From NCBI GenBank assembly GCA_000934665.2, contig KZ538057.1, forward strand, positions 170,062 to 190,061: a stretch of 20,000 nt of DNA. Direction: 5' to 3'. The notes beneath the pieces were generated by a model, which had not been told where the DNA came from, searched no databases, and worked only from the letters and a program-made list of their open reading frames with translations. The stretch's first letter is position 1. Each line of letters begins with the position of its first letter. Source of the DNA: Catajapyx aquilonaris (lineage: Eukaryota). Shown here in pieces: positions 1 through 10,706 of this stretch. The translations under genes were made by a program, and so were the position numbers.

Positions 1-341
1 ATCTGGCCTGGGTTTCTCACCGGCTGTGAACGGCCCAGATTGTGAAGACTTTATATCTCAGTTGCAAAGGCGTGTATTTAATTATATTGTACCAAGAGCT
101 GATTGTACCTTTAGCGTGTTCCATAGGTGGGGATGCTCGTAGCTCATCTGGGTTGCACCAGGCACCCACCTAAAAAAACTTTCCTATTGTGATGATTGGG
201 TAGGCTGAGATGGTATTTGCTCAGTTTCCAAGTTGAATGCTATGAAAGGTATATCAGATGGGTAAGGTACGGCCATCTTCTCACGCCAAGAGCTACCTTG
301 AGATACTTGATTACAAAATTACCCTAGTTGATGCAGTGCTG

Positions 342-487
342 AGATAATGACATGTTAAGGTTACACCCTCATGTAATGGGATCATCCTGCTGATTATGAC
401 AACCCCCAATCCCCATGCTATATGGATCACTTGATGCACAGGATCACCCCCATTACGTATGTGTGTAACCTTAGCATGGCATTATCT
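342..487. repeat. Imperfect inverted repeat with ~48-bp arms (MITE-like, ~146 bp)
   Basis: 342-389 AGATAATGACATGTTAAGGTTACAC...GTAATGGGATCATCCTG versus the reverse complement of 439-487, AGATAATGCCATGCTAAGGTTACAC...GTAATGGGGGTGATCCTG. Confidence 0.8.
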
Positions 488-1282
488 GCCATTCGTCTTA
501 ATTCCATTAAGTTACCTTTCATTGAACTACTTAACGTTGCCATTCACATCTATTCTTCAATGAATTCGGCTGCCTCTGATTCCATTCATTTCAATTCACC
601 AGAATGGGTTCATTTTTTGGTAATGCCTGGTTCGATTTAGAATTGAATGGTACCCTTCACCTTCAATCAATAGCATTAGGACCCAATGGGCTGTATTGAT
701 GGGGTAATGTAATGGAATGAAGAAAAGAAAGTCAATAACCCTGGGTCAAGCAACTTGTGCCTAGACTTCCCAAAGAACACTTACCAAGGACAAGATATTA
801 TTCAATGCATATATTCTTTGGGCATGTGGAAGGCAAAACAGATTTGATAGGTGTACAGTAGTATACCTCCTTTGTAATCTAATGCCCTGATACATAAAAT
901 TATTGATGAATTTTACCTAGGTTGGACCACAGCAACAAAAATTCCAGACCAAAATTTGGTATCTTGCAGGTACAGAGTGTAAAATTGTACACCGGATTGT
1001 TTTAAAGGCATTATTTTAGATTACTGAAGTTATTTAAAAGGCGTTATGAAATTATGCACTGCATGTATGTGCGCCTAAGCATATAACATTGCAAGCCTCC
1101 TGTACCTTTCTTCTCAGATCCCTTAACCTGGTCCGAGCTCCTGTTCTTTTGCACCACCACCTAACAGTTTTCAGGCCCTGCCTAAGAGCATTCTTCTTCC
1201 CACATGAACAAATAAGAAATAAATGCACTCACAGTCAACAATTAATATTAACCAGCGTAATCTTCAGTAATCTACCTTTATA

Positions 1283-1696
1283 TTACAATTGGGATACACT
1301 CTTTTTAAAACCAATAACTTCTTCAGGTAGTGGACAGCCACTGGGCACTGTTGTTGAGAGATACATCTTTCTTCTGGGCAGTTCCAGAGGCTCCCCTTCC
1401 TTGAGCTGCATTGTCTTACCATCCTGAGTCAACTGTAGAGGAAGACTTGGATTGGCTGTCAGAACTGTGAGTGTCACTCTGTTTTCTTCTATGTACACCT
1501 GCATCTGGGCACCCAAATAACGCAAGCCAGTTATATTGAAAGCAGTGCAGTCGGGTGGAAGTTGAGGGTTGATGTCCATTTTCTCTGGCTGAAGTCGGAT
1601 TCCAGCATACCCAAATAATAGAGCCTGCAGAAAGCCTCCCATTCCAGTTGCAAAGTTAACCGCCCCTTCCAGTGGGTAGGCCTGCTCCGTCCATAC
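1283..1696 (-). CDS. PGGHG: PGGHG-like terminal exon 8 (VWTE...GAVNFATGMGGFLQ...stop)
   Basis: Acceptor TTACAG at 1697 and TAA at 1285-1283; ORF 1283..1732. Confidence 0.92.
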   Translation of the reverse strand, partial: VWTEQAYPLEGAVNFATGMGGFLQALLFGYAGIRLQPEKMDINPQLPPDCTAFNITGLRYLGAQMQVYIEENRVTLTVLTANPSLPLQLTQDGKTMQLKEGEPLELPRRKMYLSTTVPSGCPLPEEVIGFKKSVSQL

Positions 1697-4600
1697 CTGT
1701 AATTGAATGGCGGGAATTTTATTGCAGAACAACTACATGTAGCAGGAAAGGGTTTGTGAAGTGCCATATCGTGTTGCTCTCACTTGAAATGGAGGCTGTG
1801 CATATGACTGGAAACTCCTGAGCAGCAGCTGTGCTGCTTTGTCCACTTGGCCCACATCCAGCATACCAATAGAATGCATAGCCCATGTCATTGCAGGCCC
1901 ATCAGGTCGGGTCACTGACGAATACATGTTAAGGTCATTTTGCCTGGAAGAACTATTCATTGGGTACTGCAAGGGAAAGCCCAGCAGCACCACATCCGCT
2001 TGCTTTATTTCAGTTCCAGCAGTGTAACCGTCATACTCTGGATGGTAGTCCTTGGCCTGGTCGTAGGGCAGCTTCAAGTGGCGAGCTATGTCCATCCAGG
2101 TCTCAGGGAATTTGTCAGATTCCTTGCAGAGGCAAGAGGCATATCTGCTTGTTTGTAGCATGGCATTACTGGATATGTTTCAAACCAAATTTTTGCAACC
2201 AAGTTATGAGGTGAAAACTGGTTTAAAATGAATATTTACATTACTCAGCTCATTACTTGGTTGCAGAAACCTGGTTGGAGTCCCCTTACCTGGCAAAAAA
2301 TATGGCATATCCTGCCACCACATTGGTGAAGGCAGAGTTGTTCACATTCGAGTGGTCTTCATCTGGTGGCATTACACCTGCATGACAAGATCAGTTTCAG
2401 ATGGCCATCTTGTGGGACTCAGCATACAGTGCTACATACTGTTAATCTCATAGAATCCTGATTCTTGGTTGAAAGATGCACGTGAAGCCCAGAATTTGGC
2501 CATTCCTCTCAGGAATTCACACCCTGTTACCTGAAAATGAGGGTGTGGAGCTTCAGTGATGAACTACATGTTATGCCTTCTCCCACAGTATTTTACTATA
2601 ACACCACTTACTCATGATACCATTACCACTGGAGTAGGTGGTATTTAACATGCTATTTGTTTATTTGTTTATTAATTATGCAACATGCGACCTGCACAGC
2701 ACTTATGTGAAGATTGTGCATTATTGTCGCAGTTCAGTACAACCACTTGAAAATGCAAATAAAGATTTTTTGACACAAGAGTATCCGTTATTTCATCCTC
2801 TAATTACACTCGTAATTTTGAGTTAATAATTCTGTTCAGCATCTCACAACTATAGATATAAACATGTGCTATCCACACGTCCCGGAGCACAATGTTGTAC
2901 TAGCTGACATTAATACCCAGGTGGGATGTGCAATTGATTCATTTGGCTAGTTCAGGCCCTTAGGGTCATAATTAACACTTCATGGTTTCAAGTGTGTGGC
3001 AGTATCAAGTATACACTGTACAGAGTGTAACAAGCCCCTTTGGCCTCACATAAATGATGTTTGCCTGGCTTGATATTATGCATACTTGAGGTTACGGCTT
3101 AATTATATATATATTTTGGTTAGGCTGCATATAACCCTGCAGATAGTTCGATTCCACGCTGTGTGTTACATGATATTAATTTGATTATAGATAATACCAG
3201 TATGGCTGATGTAACTTGTTACAGGTTAGGATTTGGTAGCCAATATTTCTGAAATCGTCTCCATTGGCGAAGTTAGAAGGAAAGTAGCCCGGGGGGAGGA
3301 GGGGGGAGTAGCAATAGTTAATATCCTGATATACACGCAACCCATGAAACTTGCTTGTAACATTGGCGGTATTCATCGAAGGGGCAGGGCAGTGTGACCT
3401 CGACTTTGCCCCTGCTCCATGCACTTCCCGGTGAACCATTGAGGCGAATGGGTTGCAGGACGACAGGATAAATAACACAATTTTCAACATACGTGTTGGC
3501 CCCACTCGTAATTCATGTAAAATCATTGTGCAGTTACGCAATGGCTCTAAAATTCAGCGCAGTTTTGGAACGCCCTGTATTAATGTGTTATGTCCAGCTG
3601 TCGGAATTATGGGGCACTCCTACTGTGGCTATTTATCACCGCACTACACATGCATGCAGTTGGTAATGAGGAAACAATGCGTTCCGTGACATGATGCATT
3701 GAATTCCGTATCTGCGCATCTGCGATAACAAAAATGGCCACAAGGTGCACCAATACTGACTCGACCCCAGCATAATATTAAGTCAGGGGCTGCACTTACG
3801 TCTGACCCCGCAGGCTTCGTGCTGAGCCAGAGGTAATCTCTGGTGGCTTCGACGAATTGCCGTGCTGCGAAGGCAATGTCTCCGGTCACGTGCTGCTCGA
3901 AGTTGCTCACCACGGGGCAACAGTCGTTGGTGACCTCGACCCCTGTGAAGGCACTTTCCCAAGGGAAGCGCAGGCCTCCGTACCCGGTTTTGCTGGCCAG
4001 CTGGGCCGCTGCCGGTACTCTTCTCATGCGGTACAGTAACAGCTCTCGAGTCAGGCGAGGATGCAGGAGCAGGATAGAAGGGAACATCCAAGTCTCGGTG
4101 TCCCAAAAGGAGTGACCTGTTTGTGAGAGATTGTAAGGGAGATCCTGATGAAATGCAGATGACCGCTTACATCAATATGGTTATATTAATATTAAAGTAT
4201 GTGTTGCCAAGTGTGTTGCCCATTCTCCCACCATACATGTTAGGTTTATGAACACCCTTCATGTGACCTAGTTGCGTCCGGACTCAAACTATGTGCGAAC
4301 TATTTTTATTATTTACTACCGGCACCTAGTTTCGCGCCGATGAATTTTTCAAAAGCGGGCGCCGTACAGTATTGCGCTTTAAAAATCCGCCTTCTGCTGC
4401 CGAACTGGTCTCGTTTCAAACAACAATGTTTTTTTTTTGGTTCCGTCCTGGTAACTCGCAGCTTTATAATAATCAATTAATGGGAGGGAGCAGTCTGGAG
4501 CTAATTGTCTGCTGCATCGATCTACAGCGGCAATCCTCATTTGGAAAGTTGAAACCCTCGAAAAGCTGTTTGAAACGAATCAGCGTGACAACTTTAATTT

Positions 4601-7238
4601 GATCCTAGCGCGACGTCAGCCACATAAATGGCAGAATATGGCGTGAGAGCGACACAAAAAAGTTGTGGTACCGGGTATACAGTTAGGCAGTTACCGCAAT
4701 AAATCTATAGTACAGTTAATATGTGGGTGCTGGATGTCACTGTGGCTGTTAAGTGGAACAAATGCACGCATCAATTTACTGCACGAGGTGTTAAATTGCA
4801 TGCTGTACGCAATAAGGGTACTTTGTTTTTGTATCATGTAGCGACACTGTATCTGTTCGAGGTTGTATAAATCTTATGGTTTAATAGCAACTGCGGGCTC
4901 ATTCACACCCAAGCAAACTTTTCAACAATTAAATTGCTATTGGGGAAAAAAGAAATGGCAGTGTGGTTAATCTTACCATTGTAGTCTCCGAGGCCGTGTC
5001 CGAAGGCCAGAGTGGATGGCGCCAGTCCGCAGAAAGGTTGCGGAGGACTGTGGGATTTGGTGGAGGGCAGGGATGACAGCAGGTAGTAGAGAGCTCCGTT
5101 GGCGGCTTTTCCCAATCGAAGGGCTCCGGAACCGCCCGTAAATTCCAGCTTGGCCTGGGACCACAGACGTTGCCATTCTTCCACATGGGTGGCGAATATA
5201 TGCTCGTGTTGGCCTTCTTGTATTAGGAGGTTCAGAGCTTCCCAGTCTGCGCCAGCGTTGCTGAGAACCATGAAGGGTCATAATTCTGTAATGGGTGGTG
5301 AGTTGCATGTTATACCTGATGTCCTGGTCGATGGACAGCATAAACGTCGCTGAATTGTTAACAGCTGACAACTCCAGAGTCTGAACGTGGGGTGTCCACA
5401 CTTGGCATACTTGTGTCCCATTGGGCTGGAGGTCAGGGTCTTCCTTCAGCTTGGTGACACCGCATTGGCTACGGCCTCCGTATGTGAAGGACGTGATCGG
5501 ACCCATGTTGAAGTCGTCACTGTCTGGTCCTGGGTTGGCGTCGATCCTCAGCGTGACAGGCGGTGGGTTGGGTGTCCTGGGAGTGACCACCACCTGATTG
5601 ATGATGGCCCTGGTGAAGAAGCGGTGCGCGAAGACACGGTGCTGCACATCGTAATCCTCGACCTGCAGGTCTGCCAGGAACACGCCGCGGGTCACGTCTA
5701 GAGAGAATCGTTTCTGTTGCACTGCGGCCGAGACGACCTGTACCTCCAAGCTGGCTCTGGAGGGAATTCGGGCCCGCATTGTGTTGCCGCGGACTCCATT
5801 GTAGACGCAGTTGACAAAGACCGATTGGCTGTACACGGCTGTGGCCAGGTGCCCGTTGCCCACAGTGGCCATTCGGCGAGTCCAGATGTTTCCGTATTTG
5901 TCTGTGGGCAGTCTAGAGGGACCAGGACATTGAGTTGAAAAAACCTATCACTCTTTTGGTCATCAGGTAACCTTTAATAGAGGTTTCAAAACCTGCACTT
6001 TTTATATCCCTGTCTAGAGAGGGGTTACCTATGAACTTTTGCTGCACTTTTTTGCCGAAAATTTCTCTGCTCTGATTTTTAAATATCCAAATGACTATTG
6101 TTATTACAAAGCTATACAAGGACAGTGGAAACAAAGGTGACATCATTTGATCTTAGAAAAATCGGAGTGCAGGTAATTGAAATTTGTTAAAAAAATTAAA
6201 AAAACGTAGACTTTTCAGAGGTCTCGCCTGACAAAGAGTGTGCAATACGGCTGACCATCACTTACTGCGTCATCATTTTTCAAAGGGCACAGTTACGGTT
6301 ACATCTCTCGCCTTTCACAGGTTACCGCCGCAGCTCCAATTCTGTTATGTAATTTATACGCCAGTGTAACCTTAATCTATACACCTGTCTCTACACCGAA
6401 ACATTCCCATTGATGTAACTTTTAAATAAACGCTGCATTATAGGTTACCCGATTAAGAGTGTATAGCATGTTAAACCTGGGTAACAGTAAGCAACAGTTA
6501 AATTTTCCCCTTTTTACGTCACAACTGCATATTAGGGCTTAGTTACTGTAAGCATTTGCTAGGCTGGTATTTAGTTCAAGGAGGGGTTTATTACAGTGTG
6601 TAGGGCTTTGATGCCTGCAGCTAAGCTCTCTTTATTTTTCCCCTCTGGTAAAATTCAGTTGATAGCTGCTTTTGGTACATGCCAGCCACGATTATGCTCG
6701 TGGTTTGTTAATATGATTTATAGAATTAATTTTACATTAGGCGCTGCATTATTTGCATCGCAATTAGCTTCAGAGAGTAAATATTCAAAACAAGTTCACT
6801 GCAAAACAAGTCCTGGTGAAAATTTAGGCATGCAATATTATCAAATGGCATCAATGAACACTTGATTTTTGTGACAGTCCCGCGTTGCTCGTCGCATCAT
6901 CAACAAGGATACGGGTGAAGACACTATTTTAAAGGTAATAGTGGCACACTTGCAGGTTATGCGAATTATCATTCGTTATTTTATGGCACAAATTTTGGCG
7001 AAAAAATTGAATTACTCCTCATTTAAACAAATCGTTGGGTTGCATCATGCCAGGATGAAGCAAAGTAGCTTTTTTTTTTGGAATTTTTTTTGACCAACCT
7101 GTCAGACTGGAAGATGGCAGGATCATCGCTGATATCAGGCGGCAACTGTCCCATTGGATCTTCTTGCCATCCAAACGACATCAGCGCCATGGCGGCCATC
7201 CCTGTCGCAGCCAATAGGACCAAAGCCTGCAGTGCCAT
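1283..7238 (-). CDS. PGGHG: Protein-glucosylgalactosylhydroxylysine glucosidase-like (acid trehalase-like protein 1, GH65), spliced gene: join(7238..7099,5912..5316,5260..4977,4116..3800,2530..2440,2377..2290,2144..1784,1696..1283), 763 aa
   Basis: All 7 introns are GT-AG with consistent phases (2,2,1,0,1,2,0), giving 2292 nt with no internal stop. GH65/PGGHG motifs appear in order: ATVGNGHLAT, YYLLSSLP, DYNGHSFWDTETWMFP, GLRFPWESAFTG, EQHVTGDIAFAARQ, VMPPDED, NNSAFTN, IKQADVVLLGFP, DGPAMTW, VWTE..GAVNFATGMGGFLQ. Confidence 0.92.
1784..2144 (-). CDS. PGGHG: PGGHG-like exon 7 (YASCLC...IKQADVVLLGFPL...DGPAMTWAM...PPFQ)
   Basis: Acceptor AAGCAG at 2145 and donor CAA|GTGAGA at 1784/1783; ORF 1733..2161. 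Confidence 0.93.
2179..2280. repeat. 32-bp-arm inverted repeat inside PGGHG intron 6
   Basis: 2179-2210 versus the reverse complement of 2249-2280: 26/32 identical by eye. Confidence 0.85.
2290..2377 (-). CDS. PGGHG: PGGHG-like exon 6 (SVMPPDEDHSNVNNSAFTNVVAGYAIFFAR), containing the catalytic-acid PDE motif
   Basis: Not in the ORF track. Follows a 62-bp intron ending CATGCAG; donor AG|GTAAGG at 2290/2289. Confidence 0.93.
2440..2530 (-). CDS. PGGHG: PGGHG-like exon 5 (VTGCEFLRGMAKFWASRASFNQESGFYEIN)
   Basis: Not in the ORF track. Acceptor ATTTTCAG at 2531 and donor A|GTATGT at 2440/2439; carries the GH65 A.FW.SR motif. Confidence 0.92.
3800..4116 (-). CDS. PGGHG: PGGHG-like exon 4 (GHSFWDTETWMFP...FPWESAFTG...EQHVTGDIAFA)
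   Basis: Acceptor CACAAACAG at 4117 and donor GAC|GTAAGT at 3800/3799; core GH65 catalytic-barrel motifs. Confidence 0.95.
4977..5260 (-). CDS. PGGHG: PGGHG-like exon 3 (SNAGADW...HVEEWQRLW...YYLLSSLP...GDYNG)
   Basis: Follows a 55-bp intron (5261-5315, ending TTCTCAG); donor G|GTAAGA at 4977/4976. Confidence 0.92.
5316..5912 (-). CDS. PGGHG: PGGHG-like exon 2 (N-terminal domain, RMATVGNGHLAT...SIDQDI)
   Basis: Acceptor CCCTCTAG at 5913 and donor AG|GTATAA at 5316/5315; part of ORF 4973..5872. Confidence 0.9.
7099..7238 (-). CDS. PGGHG: PGGHG-like coding exon 1 (hydrophobic leader MALQALVLLAATGMAAMALMSFG...IFQSDR)
   Basis: ATG at 7238 and donor AG|GTTGGT at 7099/7098. Phase 2 joins in frame to exon 2 (R-LPTDKYG). 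A possible acceptor TTCTTGCAG at 7260 means an upstream exon cannot be excluded. Confidence 0.75.
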
Positions 7239-9359
7239 GACTTTTCCGTCGTTTCTCTCCTGCAAGAACCTCTCTATTTTTTTTTATTCCGACTGTACTC
7301 GCCTAATCATAATTTTAATGCTCTCGTCGTTGCTCGGGGTGATTGAATTATTGCACGGGAACTTCCTCTCGCCGCAGACGGGGAAGTAGATAATGATGTT
7401 TTAACACCCGAAGATAAAGTAGTGGTGAAAAGGCACTCTCGCCAGCACTCCCCGGGTTTTCTGGAGGATTTTTGTGACCCAACAGGATGGAAGTAGAAAA
7501 GCGGCTCTTCCCTCCCTCCATTTCGACCTAACTTGTAGTCTGCCTAGTGTATTGCAGGAGCTCTGCTGCAGGATTTATCTCCAACTGAAATCTGATGTTA
7601 TATGCATTTCAGTGGGCTTTTAGTCAAATGTGGCCGTGTATTACTGACGGCTCGTTTAAGACACGTTGCATATTGCAGTAATGCTCCGGTTAGGTTGTCT
7701 GTGACAGGTGGGACATCTGACGTCATGACTGTAGAATCGTGTGACGTTTTTGAACTCGTGTCGCTCAAAATATATAGCATGTGGGGTCCAGTTACTTCAT
7801 TTAGCACTTGTTTTGTGACATACAGTACCGTTTGCAAATTCATAATTAACCGCACTACATATGACAGGACTTACAAACACTATTATGCAAAGTAAAAAAA
7901 AGGGGCGAATAGAAGCAAGACTCACTCTAAAATGTGTCAGTGTCCGAATGCTATAGTTCTTGATTGCCCAGAGGTCACTCTCGTCTCATAGATTAGATAA
8001 CCACCCCTCAGGCCATGGAATCGGACTTTGGAAAAACTCGAGTGCACTCTAGCTCTATTCACGTGACCTGAGTTGCAACTATGGCAACCACGCTTCTTGC
8101 AGAATGTACAGTATTTGCCAGCAGTATTCACGAGTCTTATTCCGTTCCGGCTTAGAATCGGGCGAGGACTAGGAAATAGAAAATCCTGTTCACAAAAATC
8201 CGTATACAGGTTCCTAGGTGCTAGGGAAATGTCATCAGAAAATTAGGCCGATATTTTTTTCCCCTTGGTTGCATCGCCTGCTGGTGAGATAAGAGTGGAA
8301 AAGTGACAGGGACGTTAGAAGGAGATGTCAAGCGATGTGACGTTACAGGATGCATGTCGTCCTTGGATGATGTTTGTGGCTTTGTGCCTCTGGGAACCCC
8401 GACAGAATAAAAGGACATGGAAATAACGGTTCACTTCCAGGGTGTCGGCTTTCCTGCCGGCGGCGTCGATATCTTATGGACTACCTGTGACGAGCGGGAC
8501 AGATCCAAATGGAGGGGGTAGTCTTCTTTTGGTGGAGAAAATAATCATAAAAAAAGGAAACTGCGGAGTTGGCTGTTATCGCAAAAACTGATAGACCTTT
8601 CTCTCTATTTTTGATCAGCTGATGCAGCAGGGACGTTGGGGAATGTCAACAACTGATTTAAAATTCGAGGGGGGGGGGGGGNGCGATGAGTGTGTTTGGG
8701 GAGGGGGGGGGGACAGTGCGGATATTGGAGCTGATGCGGCGGCAAGCGCGTAAATAACTTATGTTTATATTCAATATTCAAGCGAATATCCGCGGACATG
8801 CTGGAGTTTCATTGGGGCTCGCACTTTTGAGGAAGTTTCTGACGTCACGTTGTTGTCTGCACCTGCGGTACTGTATAAACACGGTGGCTCCTCTGCTGGC
8901 TGGGACTGTGTGCAGAGTGGCAATATGTGTGCCGCACACCGACGTATGCAGCAGGGCAGTTCGATTGAAACTCTTGAATCTGTCATGGCACGTTGTAACA
9001 AATTGAATTCAAACCAATGTGGCATTTGTGGTGGAATTAACTGAATCGGTCTGTATTATACAGTATGATCGTGGCGTTTTAATCATATGCTCGGTTCATG
9101 AAGCCAACATGGCATATGCCAAGTACTGTGTTTGCTGCAAGCCTCTCCAATTGTTAATGAGGGCGGAATTTTCAAGTGTGCGTAAGATCATGAATAATGT
9201 TACATCACCTGAAACTCTGTATCCGTAGCATACTGCGGGTAGCGTTAAAGTTCAATGTGTTATATGGACGTGCACTTGGTGTTCAAAGCTAGGGTCACCT
9301 GTAAATGCATAAATATCCTATAGAATACTCCACGATTCTGACTGAATAGTCTACTGATA

Positions 9360-9410
9360 CCCCCTGAAAGGGCAGACAGCCCAACATGGTATTAATAAAT
9401 GGAATTGAAT
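9360..9410 (+). mobile_element. Severely 5'-truncated non-LTR retroposon 3' end
   Basis: 51-bp insert ending AATAAA-TG-GAATT-GAAT(T), flanked by the 17-bp direct repeat TGAATAGTCTA(C/T)TGATA at 9343-9359 and 9411-9427. Confidence 0.65.
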
Positions 9411-10663
9411 TGAATAGTCTATTGATAGGAGGTGATAACATATGACGAAAGAAGAGCTACGTTATATCCGATGGCAGGTTGAGGTACAGTACATTGCTGT
9501 ACCTTGATGAATTTTGTAACTTACGTTAGAGTGGCACGGTGTTTGCGATTTATCTACTCTGTATAAGGCCTGAACTGATAATCTGTCTTGATACTATCAT
9601 GACAGGCATCCATTTTTGCAAATGTTAAAAACACGACTGAAGGCTATATCATGTTTTCACTGCTTCTGTAATCCCCCCTGATAAATACTCAATGGTCATC
9701 CGATCAGTTTCGATGACGTCAAGCGACAATTATAAGCACCCACACGGATATGTTTGTTCAGAAAACAGCGATAGTTAATTTTGATACTCGTTCAACTGAC
9801 AACGATGTCCACGTCATCAGCATTTGTCACACCCAAAACCTGATGAATTTTTAGCCTCATCAGTCAGTGTCACATGTAAAAGAGAGGACCACAACCAGCC
9901 TGATTTTTTTTTTTTTTTGTCCTAAACTGAATCTTTCAGCGAATCTCCGTGGGAAATTACCCACTGATTTATTTCTCTCTCGCCTTTTTGAAAAAATTTC
10001 TCTCTCCACGTAATTATATAGCGTTGCAAAACCGCATGAACTGGCGCCTATTGTCACGAAAAAAAAAAATCCAGCTGATTTGAATGTGGCGTAGGTAATT
10101 TCCCATCGGCGCATGCAGGCACCGGGGCCGGTTACAATTTCCTGGCTTGGCGGCAATTATTCGACCTGGCAAACTGTGGAATCTCCCCGGAGAAAAGCGA
10201 AGAGCCAGGCATGCAGAAGAGATGAGATCCATCCGCGCCTACTCTGGAGGATTGCCCGTCCGCACCCTCCCCACCCTCAACCACCTCGTTAACTTCCATC
10301 CATCCCGCCTCGGATGAGATAGACTCAACTTGGATGAGAATTCCAGGGGAATCTAGCCGCACCTTGCTGTTTGGGCACTAGTTAGAGAAAAAAAAAACCC
10401 ACAGGAAATCCGGATTGCCTGCGAATTATTTGGGACTGATTCTTGGTTGGGCATGTGATTCAAGTGCGTCAATTGCAGGGATGAAATAACAAGGGATGTC
10501 GATCATGTGACCAGCAGGGTTGCCACTGTATGTAGTAACAGGACTGTAATTATCCTAGTGCGGTTATGCTGCACAATTCATGGCGCAGATCTACATCGGT
10601 TTTGAATCAATGTTCCAGCAATGTCCGGCATATAGAATGTTAATTCCGAGTTGGTGGATTAAA

Positions 10664-10706
<43 letters not shown>

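Noticed and set aside
5261..5315. Apparent frameshift between overlapping ORFs 4973..5872 and 4903..5271 (pseudogene or recoding)
   Set aside because: Fully explained by a canonical 55-bp GT-AG intron. The same applies to the ORF overlaps at 1697-1783 and 11718-11781.
3843..5938. Several plus-strand ORFs antisense to the PGGHG exons
   Set aside because: Shadow ORFs of GC-rich coding sequence with no recognisable domains.
7937..8131. 64-aa ORF with CTFCKKRGCHSC, resembling a zinc knuckle
   Set aside because: The spacing does not fit CCHC, the start is non-ATG, and there is no gag/pol context or splice support.
8669..8712. Poly-G tracts as potential G-quadruplexes (also runs near 13141, 14459 and 16990)
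   Set aside because: Homopolymers with embedded Ns have unreliable length and show no evidence of function.
10014..10362. GC-rich segment with short minus-strand ORFs between the two genes
   Set aside because: No recognisable domain or consistent exon structure. It may be regulatory, but the sequence alone does not support that.
10515..10525. CAGGGTTGCCA, a hAT-like TIR motif
   Set aside because: No matching inverted partner or TSD found in the window.
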